From: Mobula hypostoma
Lineage: Eukaryota
Reading direction: 5' to 3'
Length of the DNA stretch: 64,000 nt
Assembly: GCF_963921235.1 (NCBI RefSeq)
Contig: NC_086121.1
Coordinates: 23,126,001-23,190,000, forward strand
Shown: one piece after another, positions 15,001 to 30,000 of the stretch
Layout of the letters: every line of letters starts with the position of its first letter
Position numbering within the stretch: position 1 is the first letter of the stretch
Position numbers and translations under genes: made by a program
The notes under the pieces: model-generated
The model's database searches: none
What the model was told of the DNA's origin: nothing
The model's input: only the letters and a program-made list of their open reading frames with translations

Positions 15001-18000
15001 GTGTACAGATCTCCCCCTGAGAGAGAGGGACTGAGAGACACCGGTCAGTGTACTGATCTCCCCTGAGAGAGAAGGACTGAGAGACACCGGTCAGGGTACA
15101 GATCTCCCCCTGAGAGAGAGGGACCGAGAGGCACCGGTCAGTGTACAGATCTCCCCCTGAGAGAGAGAGGGACTGAGAGACGCCGTTCAGTGTACAGATC
15201 ACCCCTGAGAGAGAGGGACCGAGAGACACCGGACAGTGTACAGATCTCCCCCTGAGAGAGAGGAACTGAGAGACACAGGTCAGTGTACAGATCTCCCCCT
15301 GAGAGAGAGGGACTGAGAGACACCGGTCAGTGTACAGATCTCCCCCTGAGAGAGAGGGACTGACAGACACCGGTCAGTGTACAGATCTCCCCCTGAGAGA
15401 GGGGGACTGATAGACACCGGTCAGTGTACAGATCTCCCCCTGAGAGAGAGGGACTGAGAGGCACCGGTCAGTGTACAGATCTCCCCCTGAGAGAGAGGGA
15501 CTGAGCGACACCGGTCAGTGTACAGATCTCCCCCTGAGAGAGAGGGACTGAGCGACACCGGTCAGTGTACAGATCTCCCCCTGAGAGAGAGGGACTGAGA
15601 GACACCGGTCAGTGTACAGATCTCCCCCTGAGAGAGAGGGACTGAGAGACACCGGTCAGTGTACAGATCTCCCCCTGAGAGAGAGGGACTGAGAGACACC
15701 GGTCAGTGTACAGATCTCCCCCTGAGAGAGAGGGACTGAGAGACACCGGTCAGTGTACAGATCTCCCCCTGAGAGAGAGGGACTGAGAGACACCGGTCAG
15801 TGTACAGATCTCCCGCTGAGAGAGAGGGACTGAGAGACACCGGTCAGTGTACAGATCTCCTGCTGAGAGAGAGGGGCTGAGAGACACCGGTCAGTGTACA
15901 GATCTCCCCCTGAGAGAGAGGGACTGAGAGACACGGGTCAGTGTACAGATCTCCCCCTGAGAGAGAGGGACTGAGAGACACCGGTCAGTGTACAGATCTC
16001 CCCCTGAGAGAGAGGGACTGAGAGACACCGGTCAGTGTACAGATCTCCCCCTGAGAGAGAGGGACCGAGAGGCACCGGTCAGTGTACAGATCTCCCCCTG
16101 AGAGAGAGGGGCTGAGAGACACCGGTCAGTGTACAGATCTCCCCCTGAGAGAGAGGGACTGAGAGACACCGGTCAGTGTACAGATCTCCCCCTGAGAGAG
16201 AGGGACTGAGAGTCACCGGTCAGTGTACAGATCTCCCCCTGAGAGAGAGGGACTGAGAGTCACCGGTCAGTGTACAGATCTCCCCCTGAGAGAGAGGGAC
16301 TGAGAGTCACCGGTCAGTGTACAGATCTCCCCTTGAGAGAGAGGGACTGAGAGACACCGGTCAGTGTAAAGATTTCCCCCTGAGAGAGAGGGACTGAGAG
16401 ACACCGGTCAGTGTACCGATCTCCCTTGGAGAGTGAGGGACCGAGAGACACCGGTCAGTGTACCGATCTCCCCCTGAGAGGGAGGGACTGAGAGACACCG
16501 GTCAGTGTACAGATCTCCCCCTGAGAGAGAGAGTGACTGAGAGACACCGGTCAGTGTACAGATCTCCCCCTGAGAGAGAGGGACTGAGAGACACCGGTCA
16601 GTGTACAGATCTTCCCCTGAGAGAGAGGGACTGAGAGACACCGGTCAGTGTACAGATCTCCCCCTGAGAGAGAGGGACTGAGAGACACCGGTCAGTGTAC
16701 AGATCTCCCCCTGAGAGAGAGGGACTGAGAGACACCGGTCAGTGTACTGATCTCCCCTGAGAGAGAAGGACTGAGAGACACCGGTCAGGGTACAGATCTC
16801 CCGCTGAGAGAGAGGGACCGAGAGGCACCGGTCAGTGTACAGATCTCCCCCTGAGAGAGAGAGGGACTGAGAGACGCCAGTCAGTGTACAGATCACCCCT
16901 GAGAGAGAGGGACCGAGAGACACCGGACAGTGTACAGATCTCCCCCTGAGAGAGAGGAACTGAGAGACACAGGTCAGTGTACAGATCTCCCCCTGAGAGA
17001 GAGGGACTGAGAGACACCGGTCAGTGTACAGATCTCCCCCTGAGAGAGAGGGACTGACAGACACCGGTCAGTGTACAGATCTCCCCCTGAGAGAGAGGGA
17101 CTGATAGACACCGGTCAGTGTACAGATCTCCCCCTGAGAGAGAGAGGCTGAGAGACACCGGTCAGTGTACAGATCTCCCGCTGAGAGAGAGGGACTGAGA
17201 GGCACCGGTCAGTGTACAGATCTCCCCCTGAGAGAGAGGGACTGAGCGACACCGGTCAGTGTACAGATCTCCCCCTGAGAGAGAGGGACTGAGAGACACC
17301 GGTCAGTGTACAGATCTCCCCCTGAGAGAGAGGGACTGAGAGACACCGGTCAGTGTACAGATCTCCCCCTGAGAGAGAGGGACCGAGAGGCACCGGTCAG
17401 TGTACAGATCTCCCCCTGAGAGAGAGGGGCTGAGAGACACCGGTCAGTGTACAGATCTCCCCCTGAGAGAGAGGGACTGAGAGACACCGGTCAGTGTACA
17501 GATCTCCCCCTGAGAGAGAGGGACTGAGAGACACCGGTCAGTGTACAGATCTCCCCCTGAGAGAGAGGGACTGAGAGACACTGGTCAGTGTACAGATCTC
17601 CCCCTGAGAGAGGGGGACCGAGAGACACCGGTCAGTTTACAGATCTCCCCCTGAGAGAGAGGGACCGAGAGGCACCGGTCAGTGTACAGATCTCCCCCTG
17701 AGAGAGAGGGACTGAGAGACACCGGTCAGTGTACAGATCTCCCCCTGAGAGAGAGGGACTGAGAGACACCGGTCAGTGTACAGATCTTCCCCTGAGAGAG
17801 AGGGACTGAGAGACACCGGTCAGTGTACAGATCTCCCCCTGAGAGAGAGGGACTGAGAGTCACCGGTCAGTGTACTGATCTCCCCTGAGAGAGAAGGACT
17901 GAGAGACACCGGTCAGGGTACAGATCTCCCCCTGAGAGAGAGAGGGACTGAGAGACGCCGGTCAGTGTACAGATCACCCCTGAGAGAGAGGGACCGAGAG

Positions 18001-21000
18001 ACACCGGACAGTGTACAGATCTCCCCCTGAGAGAGAGGAACTGAGAGACACAGGTCAGTGTACAGATCTCCCCCTGAGAGAGAGGGACTGAGAGACACCG
18101 GTCAGTGTACAGATCTCCCCCTGAGAGAGAGGGACTGACAGACACCGGTCAGTGTACAGATCTCCCCCTGAGAGAGAGGGACTGATAGACACCGGTCAGT
18201 GTACAGATCTCCCCCTGAGAGAGAGAGGCTGAGAGACACCGGTCAGTGTACAGATCTCCCCCTGAGAGAGAGGGACTGAGAGACACCGGTCAGTGTCCAG
18301 ATCTCCCCCTGAGAGAGAGGGACTGAGAGACACCGGTCAGTGTACAGATCTCCCCCTGAGAGAGAGGGACTGAGAGACACCGGTCAGTGTACAGATCTCC
18401 CGCTGAGAGAGAGGGACTGAGAGACACCGGTCAGTGTACAGATCTCCCGCTGAGAGAGAGGGACTGAGAGACACCGGTCAGTGTACAGATCTCCCGCTGA
18501 GAGAGAGGGGCTGAGAGACACCGGTCAGTGTACAGATCTCCCCCTGAGAGAGAGGGACTGAGAGACATGGGTCAGTGTACAGATCTCTCCCTGAGAGAGA
18601 GGGACTGAGAGACACCGGTCAGTGTACAGATCTCCCCCTGAGAGAGAGGGACTGAGAGACACCGGTCAGTGTACAGATCTCCCCCTGAGAGAGAGAGACT
18701 AAGAGACACCGGTCTGTGTACAGATCTCCCCCTGAGAGAGAGGGACCGAGAGGCACCGGTCAGTGTACAGATCTCCCCCTGAGAGAGAGGGGCTGAGAGA
18801 CACCGGTCAGTGTACAGATCTCCCCCTGAGAGAGAGGGACTGAGAGACACCGGTCAGTGTACAGATCTCCCCCTGAGAGAGAGGGACTGAGAGACACCGG
18901 TCTGTGTACAGATCTCCCCCTGAGAGAGAGGGACTGAGAGACACCGGTCAGTGTACAGATCTCCCCCTGAGAGAGAGGGACCGAGAGACACCGGTCAGTT
19001 TACAGATCTCCCCCTGAGAGAGAGGGACCGAGAGGCACCGGTCAGTGTACAGATCTCCCCCTGAGAGAGAGGGACTGAGAGACACCGGTCAGTGTACAGA
19101 TCTCCCCCTGAGAGAGAGGGACTGAGAGACACCGGTCAGTGTACAGATCTCCCCCTGAGAGAGAGGGGCTGAGAGACACCGGTCAGTGTACAGATCTCCC
19201 CCTGAGAGAGAGGGACTGAGAGACACCGGTCAGTGTACAGATCTCCCCCTGAGAGAGAGGGACTGAGAGACACCGGTTAGTGTACAGATCTCCCCCTGAG
19301 AGAGAGGGACCGAGAGGCACTGGTCAGTGTACAGATCTCCCCCTGAGAGAGAGGGACTGAGAGACACCGGTCAGTGTACAGATCTCCCCCTGAGAGAGAG
19401 GGGCTGAGAGACACCGGTCAGTGTACAGATCTCCCCCTGAGAGAGAGGGACTGAGAGACACCGGTCAGTGTACAGATCTCCCCCTGAGAGAGAGGGACTG
19501 AGAGACACCGGTCAGTGTACAGATCTCCCCCTGAGAGAGAGGGACTGAGAGACACCGGTCAGTGTACAGATCTCCCCCTGAGGGAGAGGGGCTGAGAGAC
19601 ACCGGTCAGTTTACAGATCTCCCCCTGAGAGAGAGCGACCGAGAGACACCGGTCAGTGTACAGATCTCCCCCTGAGAGAGAGGGACTGAGAGACAACGGT
19701 CAGTGTACAGATCTCCCCCTGAGAGAGAGGGACTGAGAGACACCGGTCAGTGTAAAGATTTCCCCCTGAGAGAGAGGGACTGAGAGACACCGGTCAGTGT
19801 ACCGATCTCCCTTGGAGAGTGAGGGACCGAGAGACACCGGTCAGTGTACAGATCTCCCCCTGAGAGAGAGGGACTGAGAGGCACCGGTCAGTGTACAGAT
19901 CTCCCCCTGAGAGAGAGGGACTGAGCGACACCGGTCAGTGTACAGATCTCCCCCTGAGAGAGAGGGACTGAGAGACACCGGTCAGTGTACAGATCTCCCC
20001 CTGAGAGAGAGGGACTGAGAGACACTGGTTAGTGTACAGATCTCTCCCTGAGAGAGAGGGACTGAGAGACACCGGTCAGTGTACAGATCTCCCCCTGAGA
20101 GAGAGAGTGACTGAGAGACACCGGTCAGTGTACAGATCTCCCCCTGAGAGAGAGGGACTGAGAGACACCGGTCAGTGTACAGATCTCCCCCTGAGAGAGA
20201 GGGACTGAGAGACACCGGTCAGTGTACAGATCTCCCCCTGAGAGAGAGGGACTGAGAGACACCGGTCAGTGTACAGATCTCCCCCTGAGAGAGAGGGGCT
20301 GAGAGACACCGGTCAGTGTACAGATCTCCCCCTGAGAGAGAGGGACTGAGAGACACCGGTCAGTGTACAGATCTCCCCCTGAGAGAGAGGGACTGAGAGA
20401 CACTGGTCAGTGTACAGATCTCCCCCTGAGAGAGAGGGACTGAGAGACACCGGTCAGTGTACAGATCTCCCCCTGAGAGAGAGGGGCTGAGAGACACCGG
20501 TCAGTGTACAGATCTCCTCCTGAGAGAGAGGGACTGAGAGACACCGGTCAGTGTACAGATCTCCCCCTGAGAGAGAGGGACTGAGAGACACCGGTCAGTG
20601 TACAGATCTCCCCCTGAGAGAGAGGGACTGAGAGACACCGGTCAGTGTACAGATCTCCCCCTGAGGGAGAGGGGCTGAGAGACACCGGTCAGTTTACAGA
20701 TCTCCCCCTGAGAGAGAGCGACCGAGAGACACCGGTCAGTGTACAGATCTCCCCCTGAGAGAGAGGGACTGAGAGACAACGGTCAGTGTACAGATCTCCC
20801 CCTGAGAGAGAGGGACTGAGAGACACCGGTCAGTGTAAAGATTGCCCCCTGAGAGAGAGGGACTGAGAGACACCGGTCAGTGTACCGATCTCCCTTGGAG
20901 AGTGAGGGACCGAGAGACACCGGTCAGTGTACAGATCTCCCCCTGAGAGAGAGGGACCGAGAGGCACCGGTCAGTGTACAGATCTCCCCCTGAGAGAGAG

Positions 21001-24000
21001 GGGCTGAGAGACACCGGTCAGTGTACAGATCTCCCCCTGAGAGAGAGGGACTGAGAGACACCGGTCAGTGTACAGATCTCCCCCTGAGAGAGAGGGACTG
21101 AGAGACACCGGTCAGTGTACAGATCTCCCCCTGAGAGAGAGGGACTGAGAGACACCGGTCAGTGTACAGATCTCCCCCTGAGAGAGAGGGACCGAGAGAC
21201 ACCGGTCAGTTTACAGATCTCCCCCTGAGAGAGAGGGACCGAGAGGCACCGGTCAGTGTACAGATCTCCCCCTGAGAGAGAGGGACTGAGAGACACCGGT
21301 CAGTGTACAGATCTCCCCCTGAGAGAGAGGGACTGAGAGACACCGGTCAGTGTACAGATCGCCCCCTGAGAGAGAGGGGCTGAGAGACACCGGTCAGTGT
21401 ACAGATCTCCCCCTGAGAGAGAGGGACTGAGAGACACCGGTCAGTGTACAGATCTCCCCCTGAGAGAGAGGGACTGAGAGACACCGGTCAGTGTACAGAT
21501 CTCCCCCTGAGAGAGAGGGACCGAGAGGCACTGGTCAGTGTACAGATCTCCCCCTGAGAGAGAGGGACTGAGAGACACCGGTCAGTGTACAGATCTCCCC
21601 CTGAGAGAGAGGGGCTGAGAGACACCGGTCAGTGTACAGATCTCCCCCTGAGAGAGAGGGACTGAGAGACACCGGTCAGTGTACAGATCTCCCCCTGAGA
21701 GAGAGGGACTGAGAGACACCGGTCAGTGTACAGATCTCCCCCTGAGAGAGAGGGACTGAGAGACACCGGTCAGTGTACAGATCTCCCCCTGAGGGAGAGG
21801 GGCTGAGAGACACCGGTCAGTTTACAGATCTCCCCCTGAGAGAGAGCGACCGAGAGACACCGGTCAGTGTACAGATCTCCCCCTGAGAGAGAGGGACTGA
21901 GAGACAACGGTCAGTGTACAGATCTCCCCCTGAGAGAGAGGGACTGAGAGACACCGGTCAGTGTAAAGATTTCCCCCTGAGAGAGAGGGACTGAGAGACA
22001 CCGGTCAGTGTACCGATCTCCCTTGGAGAGTGAGGGACCGAGAGACACCGGTCAGTGTACAGATCTCCCCCTGAGAGAGAGGGACTGAGAGGCACCGGTC
22101 AGTGTACAGATCTCCCCCTGAGAGAGAGGGACTGAGCGACACCGGTCAGTGTACAGATCTCCCCCTGAGAGAGAGGGACTGAGAGACACCGGTCAGTGTA
22201 CAGATCTCCCCCTGAGAGAGAGGGACTGAGAGACACTGGTTAGTGTACAGATCTCTCCCTGAGAGAGAGGGACTGAGAGACACCGGTCAGTGTACAGATC
22301 TCCCCCTGAGAGAGAGAGTGACTGAGAGACACCGGTCAGTGTACAGATCTCCCCCTGAGAGAGAGGGACTGAGAGACACCGGTCAGTGTACAGATCTCCC
22401 CCTGAGAGAGAGGGACTGAGAGACACCGGTCAGTGTACAGATCTCCCCCTGAGAGAGAGGGACTGAGAGACACCGGTCAGTGTACAGATCTCCCCCTGAG
22501 AGAGAGGGGCTGAGAGACACCGGTCAGTGTACAGATCTCCCCCTGAGAGAGAGGGACTGAGAGACACCGGTCAGTGTACAGATCTCCCCCTGAGAGAGAG
22601 GGACTGAGAGACACTGGTCAGTGTACAGATCTCCCCCTGAGAGAGAGGGACTGAGAGACACCGGTCAGTGTACAGATCTCCCCCTGAGAGAGAGGGGCTG
22701 AGAGACACCGGTCAGTGTACAGATCTCCTCCTGAGAGAGAGGGACTGAGAGACACCGGTCAGTGTACAGATCTCCCCCTGAGAGAGAGGGACTGAGAGAC
22801 ACCGGTCAGTGTACAGATCTCCCCCTGAGAGAGAGGGACTGAGAGACACCGGTCAGTGTACAGATCTCCCCCTGAGGGAGAGGGGCTGAGAGACACCGGT
22901 CAGTTTACAGATCTCCCCCTGAGAGAGAGCGACCGAGAGACACCGGTCAGTGTACAGATCTCCCCCTGAGAGAGAGGGACTGAGAGACAACGGTCAGTGT
23001 ACAGATCTCCCCCTGAGAGAGAGGGACTGAGAGACACCGGTCAGTGTAAAGATTTCCCCCTGAGAGAGAGGGACTGAGAGACACCGGTCAGTGTACCGAT
23101 CTCCCTTGGAGAGTGAGGGACCGAGAGACACCGGTCAGTGTACAGATCTCCCCCTGAGAGAGAGGGACTGAGAGGCACCGGTCAGTGTACAGATCTCCCC
23201 CTGAGAGAGAGGGACTGAGCGACACCGGTTAGTGTACAGATCTCCCCCTGAGAGAGAGGGACTGAGAGACACCGGTCAGTGTACAGATCTCCCCCTGAGA
23301 GAGAGGGACTGAGAGACGCCGGTCAGTGTACAGATCTCTCCCTGAGAGAGAGGGACTGAGAGACACCGGTCAGTGTACAGATCTCCCCCTGAGAGAGAGA
23401 GTGACTGAGAGACACCGGTCAGTGTACAGATCTCCCCCTGAGAGAGAGGGACTGAGAGACACCGGTCAGTGTACAGATCTCCCCCTGAGAGAGAGGGACT
23501 GAGAGACACCGGTCAGTGTACAGATCTCCCCCTGAGAGAGAGAGGCTGAGAGACACCGGTCAGTGTACAGATCTCCCCCTGAGAGAGAGAGGCTGAGAGA
23601 CACCGGTCAGTGTACAGATCTCCCCCTGAGAGAGAGGGACTGAGAGACACCGGTCAGTGTACAGATCTCCCCCTGAGAGAGAGGGACTGAGCGACACCGG
23701 TCAGTGTACAGATCTCCCCCTGAGAGAGAGGGACTGAGAGACACCGGTCAGTGTACAGATCTCCCCCTGAGAGAGAGGGACTGAGAGACACCGGTCAGTG
23801 TACAGATCTCCCCCTGAGAGAGAGGGACTGAGAGACACCGGTCAGTGTACAGATCTCCCCCTGAGAGAGAGGGACTGAGAGACACCGGTCAGTGTACAGA
23901 TCTCCCCCTGAGAGAGAGGGACTGAGAGACACCGGTCAGTGTACAGATCTCCCCCTGAGAGAGAGGGACCGAGAGGCACCGGTCAGTGTACAGATCTCCC

Positions 24001-27000
24001 CCTGAGAGAGAGGGACTGAGAGACACCGGTCAGTGTACAGATCTCCCGCTGAGAGAGAGGGACTGAGAGACACCGGTCAGTGTACAGATCTCCCGCTGAG
24101 AGAGAGGGACTGAGAGACACCGGTCAGTGTACAGATCTCCCGCTGAGAGAGAGGGGCTGAGAGACACCGGTCAGTGTACAGATCTCCCCCTGAGAGAGAG
24201 GGACTGAGAGACACCGGTCACTGTACAGATCTCCCCCTGAGAGAGAGGGACCGAGAGACACCGGTCAGTGTACAGATCTCCCCCTGAGAGAGAGGGACTG
24301 AGAGACACCGGTCAGTGTACAGATCTCCCCCTGAGAGAGAGGGACTGAGAGACACCAGTCAGTGTACAGATCTCTCCCTGAGAGAGAGGGACTGAGAGGC
24401 ACTGGTCAGTGTACAGATCTCCCCCTGAGAGAGAGGGACTGAGAGACACCGGTCAGTGTACAGATCTCCCCCTGAGAGAGAGGGACCAAGAGACACCGGT
24501 CAGTGTACAGATCTCCCCCTGAGAGAGAGGGACTGAGAGACACCGGTCAGTGTACAGATCTCCCCCTGAGAGAGAGGGGCTGAGAGACACCGGTCAGTGT
24601 ACAGATCTCCCCCTGAGAGAGAGGGACTGAGAGACACCGGTCAGTGTACAGATCTCCCCCTGAGAGAGAGGGACTGAGAGACACCGGTCAGTGTACAGAT
24701 CTCCCCCTGAGAGAGAGGGACTGAGAGACACCGGTCAGTGTACAGATCTCCCCCTGAGAGAGAGGGACCGAGAGACACCGGTCAGTTTACAGATCTCCCC
24801 CTGAGAGAGAGGGACCGAGAGGCACCGGTCAGTGTACAGATCTCCCCCTGAGAGAGAGGGACTGAGAGACACCGGTCAGTGTACAGATCTCCCCCTGAGA
24901 GAGAGTGACTGAGAGACACCGGTCAGTGTACAGATCTTCCCCTGAGAGAGAGGGACTGAGAGACACCGGTCAGTGTACAGATCTCCCCCTGAGAGAGAGG
25001 GACTGAGAGACACCGGTCAGTGTACAGATCTCCCCCTGAGAGAGAGGGACTGAGAGACACCGGTCAGTGTACTGATCTCCCCTGAGAGAGAAGGACTGAG
25101 AGACACCGGTCAGGGTACAGATCTCCCCCTGAGAGAGAGAGGGACTGAGAGACGCCGGTCAGTGTACAGATCACCCCTGAGAGAGAGGGACCGAGAGACA
25201 CCGGACAGTGTACTGATCTCCCCCTGAGCGAGAGGAACTGAGAGACACAGGTCAGTGTACAGATCTCCCCCTGAGAGAGAGGGACTGAGAGACACCGGTC
25301 AGTGTACAGATCTCCCCCTGAGAGAGAGGGACTGACAGACACCGGTCAGTGTACAGATCTCCTCCTGAGAGAGAGGGACTGATAGACACCGGTCAGTGTA
25401 CAGATCTCCCCCTGAGAGAGAGGGACTGAGAGACACCGGTCAGTGTACAGATCTCCCTCTGAGAGAGAGGGACTGAGAGACACCAGTCAGTGTACAGATC
25501 TCCCCCTGAGAGAGAGGGGCTGAGAGACACCGGTCAGTGTACAGATCTCCCCCTGAGAGAGAGGGACTGAGAGACACCGGTCAGTGTACAGATCTCCCCC
25601 TGAGAGAGAGGGACTGAGAGACACCGGTCATTGTACAGATCTCCCCCTGAGAGAGAGGGACTGAGAGACACCGGTCAGTGTACAGATCTCCCCCTGAGAG
25701 AGAGGGACGGAGAGGCACTGGTCAGTGTACAGATCTCCCCCTGAGAGAGAGGGACTGAGAGACACCGGTCAGTGTACAGATCTCCCCCTGAGAGAGAGGG
25801 GCTGAGAGACACCGGTCAGTGTACAGATCTCCCCCTGAGAGAGAGGGACTGAGAGACACCGGTAAGTGTACAGATCTCCCCCTGAGAGAGAGGGACTGAG
25901 AGACACCGGTCAGTGTACAGATCTCCCCCTGAGAGAGAGGGACTGAGAGACACCGGTCAGTGTACAGATCTCCCCCTGAGGGAGAGGGGCTGAGAGACAC
26001 CAGTCAGTGTGCAGATCTCCCCCTGAGATAGAGCGACCGAGAGACACCGGTCAGTGTACAGATCTCCCCCTGAGAGAGAGGGACTGAGAGACAACGGTCA
26101 GTGTACAGATCTCCCTCTGAGAGAGAGGGAACGAGAGGCACCGGTCAGTGTACAGATCTCCCCCTGAGAGAGAGGGACTGAGAGACACCGGTCAGTTTAC
26201 AGATCTCCCCCTGAGAGAGAGGGACCGAGAGGCACCGGTCAGTGTACAGATCTCCCCCTGAGAGAGAGGGACTGAGAGACACCGGTCAGTGTACAGATCT
26301 CCCCCTGAGAGAGAGGGACTGAGAGACACCGGTCAGTGTACAGATCTCCCCCTGAGAGAGAGGGGCTGAGAGACACCGGTCAGTTTACAGATCTCCCCCT
26401 GAGAGAGAGCGACCGAGAGACACCGGTCAGTGTACAGATCTCCCCCTGAGAGAGACGGACTGAGAGATACGGTCAGTGTACAGATCTCCCCCTGAGAGAG
26501 AGGGAACGAGAGGCACCGGTCAGTGTACAGATCTCCCCCTGAGAGAGAGGGGCTGACAGACACCGGTCAGTGTACAGATCTCCCCCTGAGAGAGAGGGAC
26601 TGAGAGACACCGGTAAGTGTACAGATCTCCCCCTGAGAGAGAGGGACTGAGAGACACCGGTCAGTGTACAGATCTCCCCCTGAGAGAGAGGGACTGAGAG
26701 ACACCGGTCAGTGTACAGATCTCCCCCTGAGGGAGAGGGGCTGAGAGACACCGGTCAGTTTACAGATCTCCCCCTGAGAGAGAGCGACCGAGAGACACCG
26801 GTCAGTGTACAGATCTCCCCCTGAGAGAGAGGGACTGAGAGACACCGGTCAGTGTACAGATCTCCCCCTGAGAGAGAGGGACTGAGAGACACCGGTCAGT
26901 GTACAGATCTCCCCCTGAGAGAGAGGGACTGAGAGACACCGGTCAGTGTACAGATCTCCCCCTGAGGGAGAGGGGCTGAGAGACACCGGTCAGTTTACAG

Positions 27001-30000
27001 ATCTCCCCCTGAGAGAGAGCGACCGAGAGACACCGGTCAGTGTACAGATCTCCCCCTGAGAGAGAGGGACTGAGAGACAACGGTCAGTGTACAAATCTCC
27101 CCCTGAGAGAGAGGGACTGAGAGACACCGGTCAGTGTAAAGATTTCCCCCTGAGAGAGAGGGACTGAGAGACACCGGTCAGTGTACCGATCTCCCTTGGA
27201 GAGTGAGGGACCGAGAGACACCGGTCAGTGTACAGATCTCCCCCTGAGAGAGAGGGACTGAGAGGCACCGGTCAGTGTACAGATCTCCCCCTGAGAGAGA
27301 GGGACTGAGCGACACCGGTCAGTGTACAGATCTCCCCCTGAGAGAGAGGGACTGAGAGACACCGGTCAGTGTACAGATCTCCCCCTGAGAGAGAGGGACT
27401 GAGAGACGCCGGTCAGTGTACAGATCTCTCCCTGAGAGAGAGGGACTGAGAGACACCGGTCAGTGTACAGATCTCCCCCTGAGAGAGAGAGTGACTGAGA
27501 GACACCGGTCAGTGTACAGATCTCCCCCTGAGAGAGAGGGACTGAGAGACACCGGTCAGTGTACAGATCTCCCCCTGAGAGAGAGGGACTGAGAGACACC
27601 GGTCAGTGTACAGATCTCCCCCTGAGAGAGAGAGGCTGAGAGACACCGGTCAGTGTACAGATCTCCCCCTGAGAGAGAGAGGCTGAGAGACACCGGTCAG
27701 TGTACAGATCTCCCCCTGAGAGAGAGGGACTGAGAGACACCGGTCAGTGTACAGATCTCCCCCTGAGAGAGAGGGACTGAGCGACACCGGTCAGTGTACA
27801 GATCTCCCCCTGAGAGAGAGGGACTGAGAGACACCGGTCAGTGTACAGATCTCCCCCTGAGAGAGAGGGACTGAGAGACACCGGTCAGTGTACAGATCTC
27901 CCCCTGAGAGAGAGGGACTGAGAGACACCGGTCAGTGTACAGATCTCCCCCTGAGAGAGAGGGACTGAGAGACACCGGTCAGTGTACAGATCTCCCCCTG
28001 AGAGAGAGGGACTGAGAGACACCGGTCAGTGTACAGATCTCCCCCTGAGAGAGAGGGACCGAGAGGCACCGGTCAGTGTACAGATCTCCCCCTGAGAGAG
28101 AGGGACTGAGAGACACCGGTCAGTGTACAGATCTCCCGCTGAGAGAGAGGGACTGAGAGACACCGGTCAGTGTACAGATCTCCCGCTGAGAGAGAGGGAC
28201 TGAGAGACACCGGTCAGTGTACAGATCTCCCGCTGAGAGAGAGGGGCTGAGAGACACCGGTCAGTGTACAGATCTCCCCCTGAGAGAGAGGGACTGAGAG
28301 ACACCGGTCACTGTACAGATCTCCCCCTGAGAGAGAGGGACCGAGAGACACCGGTCAGTGTACAGATCTCCCCCTGAGAGAGAGGGACTGAGAGACACCG
28401 GTCAGTGTACAGATCTCCCCCTGAGAGAGAGGGACTGAGAGACACCAGTCAGTGTACAGATCTCTCCCTGAGAGAGAGGGACTGAGAGGCACTGGTCAGT
28501 GTACAGATCTCCCCCTGAGAGAGAGGGACTGAGAGACACCGGTCAGTGTACAGATCTCCCCCTGAGAGAGAGGGACCAAGAGACACCGGTCAGTGTACAG
28601 ATCTCCCCCTGAGAGAGAGGGACTGAGAGACACCGGTCAGTGTACAGATCTCCCCCTGAGAGAGAGGGGCTGAGAGACACCGGTCAGTGTACAGATCTCC
28701 CCCTGAGAGAGAGGGACTGAGAGACACCGGTCAGTGTACAGATCTCCCCCTGAGAGAGAGGGACTGAGAGACACCGGTCAGTGTACAGATCTCCCCCTGA
28801 GAGAGAGGGACTGAGAGACACCGGTCAGTGTACAGATCTCCCCCTGAGAGAGAGGGACCGAGAGACACCGGTCAGTTTACAGATCTCCCCCTGAGAGAGA
28901 GGGACCGAGAGGCACCGGTCAGTGTACAGATCTCCCCCTGAGAGAGAGGGACTGAGAGACACCGGTCAGTGTACAGATCTCCCCCTGAGAGAGAGTGACT
29001 GAGAGACACCGGTCAGTGTACAGATCTTCCCCTGAGAGAGAGGGACTGAGAGACACCGGTCAGTGTACAGATCTCCCCCTGAGAGAGAGGGACTGAGAGA
29101 CACCGGTCAGTGTACTGATCTCCCCTGAGAGAGAAGGACTGAGAGACACCGGTCAGGGTACAGATCTCCCCCTGAGAGAGAGAGGGACTGAGAGACGCCG
29201 GTCAGTGTACAGATCACCCCTGAGAGAGAGGGACCGAGAGACACCGGACAGTGTACTGATCTCCCCCTGAGCGAGAGGAACTGAGAGACACAGGTCAGTG
29301 TACAGATCTCCCCCTGAGAGAGAGGGACTGAGAGACACCGGTCAGTGTACAGATCTCCCCCTGAGAGAGAGGGACTGACAGACACCGGTCAGTGTACAGA
29401 TCTCCTCCTGAGAGAGAGGGACTGATAGACACCGGTCAGTGTACAGATCTCCCCCTGAGAGAGAGGGACTGAGAGACACCGGTCAGTGTACAGATCTCCC
29501 TCTGAGAGAGAGCGACCGAGAGACACCGGTCAGTGTACAGATCTCCCCCTGAGAGAGAGGGACTGAGAGACACCGGTCAGTGTACAGATCTCCCCCTGAG
29601 AGAGAGGGACTGAGAGACACCGGTCAGTGTACAGATCTCCCCCTGAGAGAGAGGGACTGAGAGACACTGGTCAGTGTACAGATCTCCCCCTGGGAGAGAG
29701 GGACTGAGAGACACCGGTCAGTTTACAGATCTCCCCCTGAGAGAGAGGGACCGAGAGGCACCGGTCAGTGTACAGATCTCCCCCTGAGAGAGAGGGACTG
29801 AGAGACACTGGTCAGTGTACAGATCTCCCCCTGGGAGAGAGGGACTGAGACACACCGGTCAGTGTACAGATCTCCCCCTGAGAGAGAGGGGCTGAGAGAC
29901 ACCGGTCAGTTTACAGATCTCCCCCTGAGAGAGAGCGACCAAGAGACACCGGTCAGTGTACAGATCTCCCCCTGAGAGAGAGGGACTGAGAGACACCGGT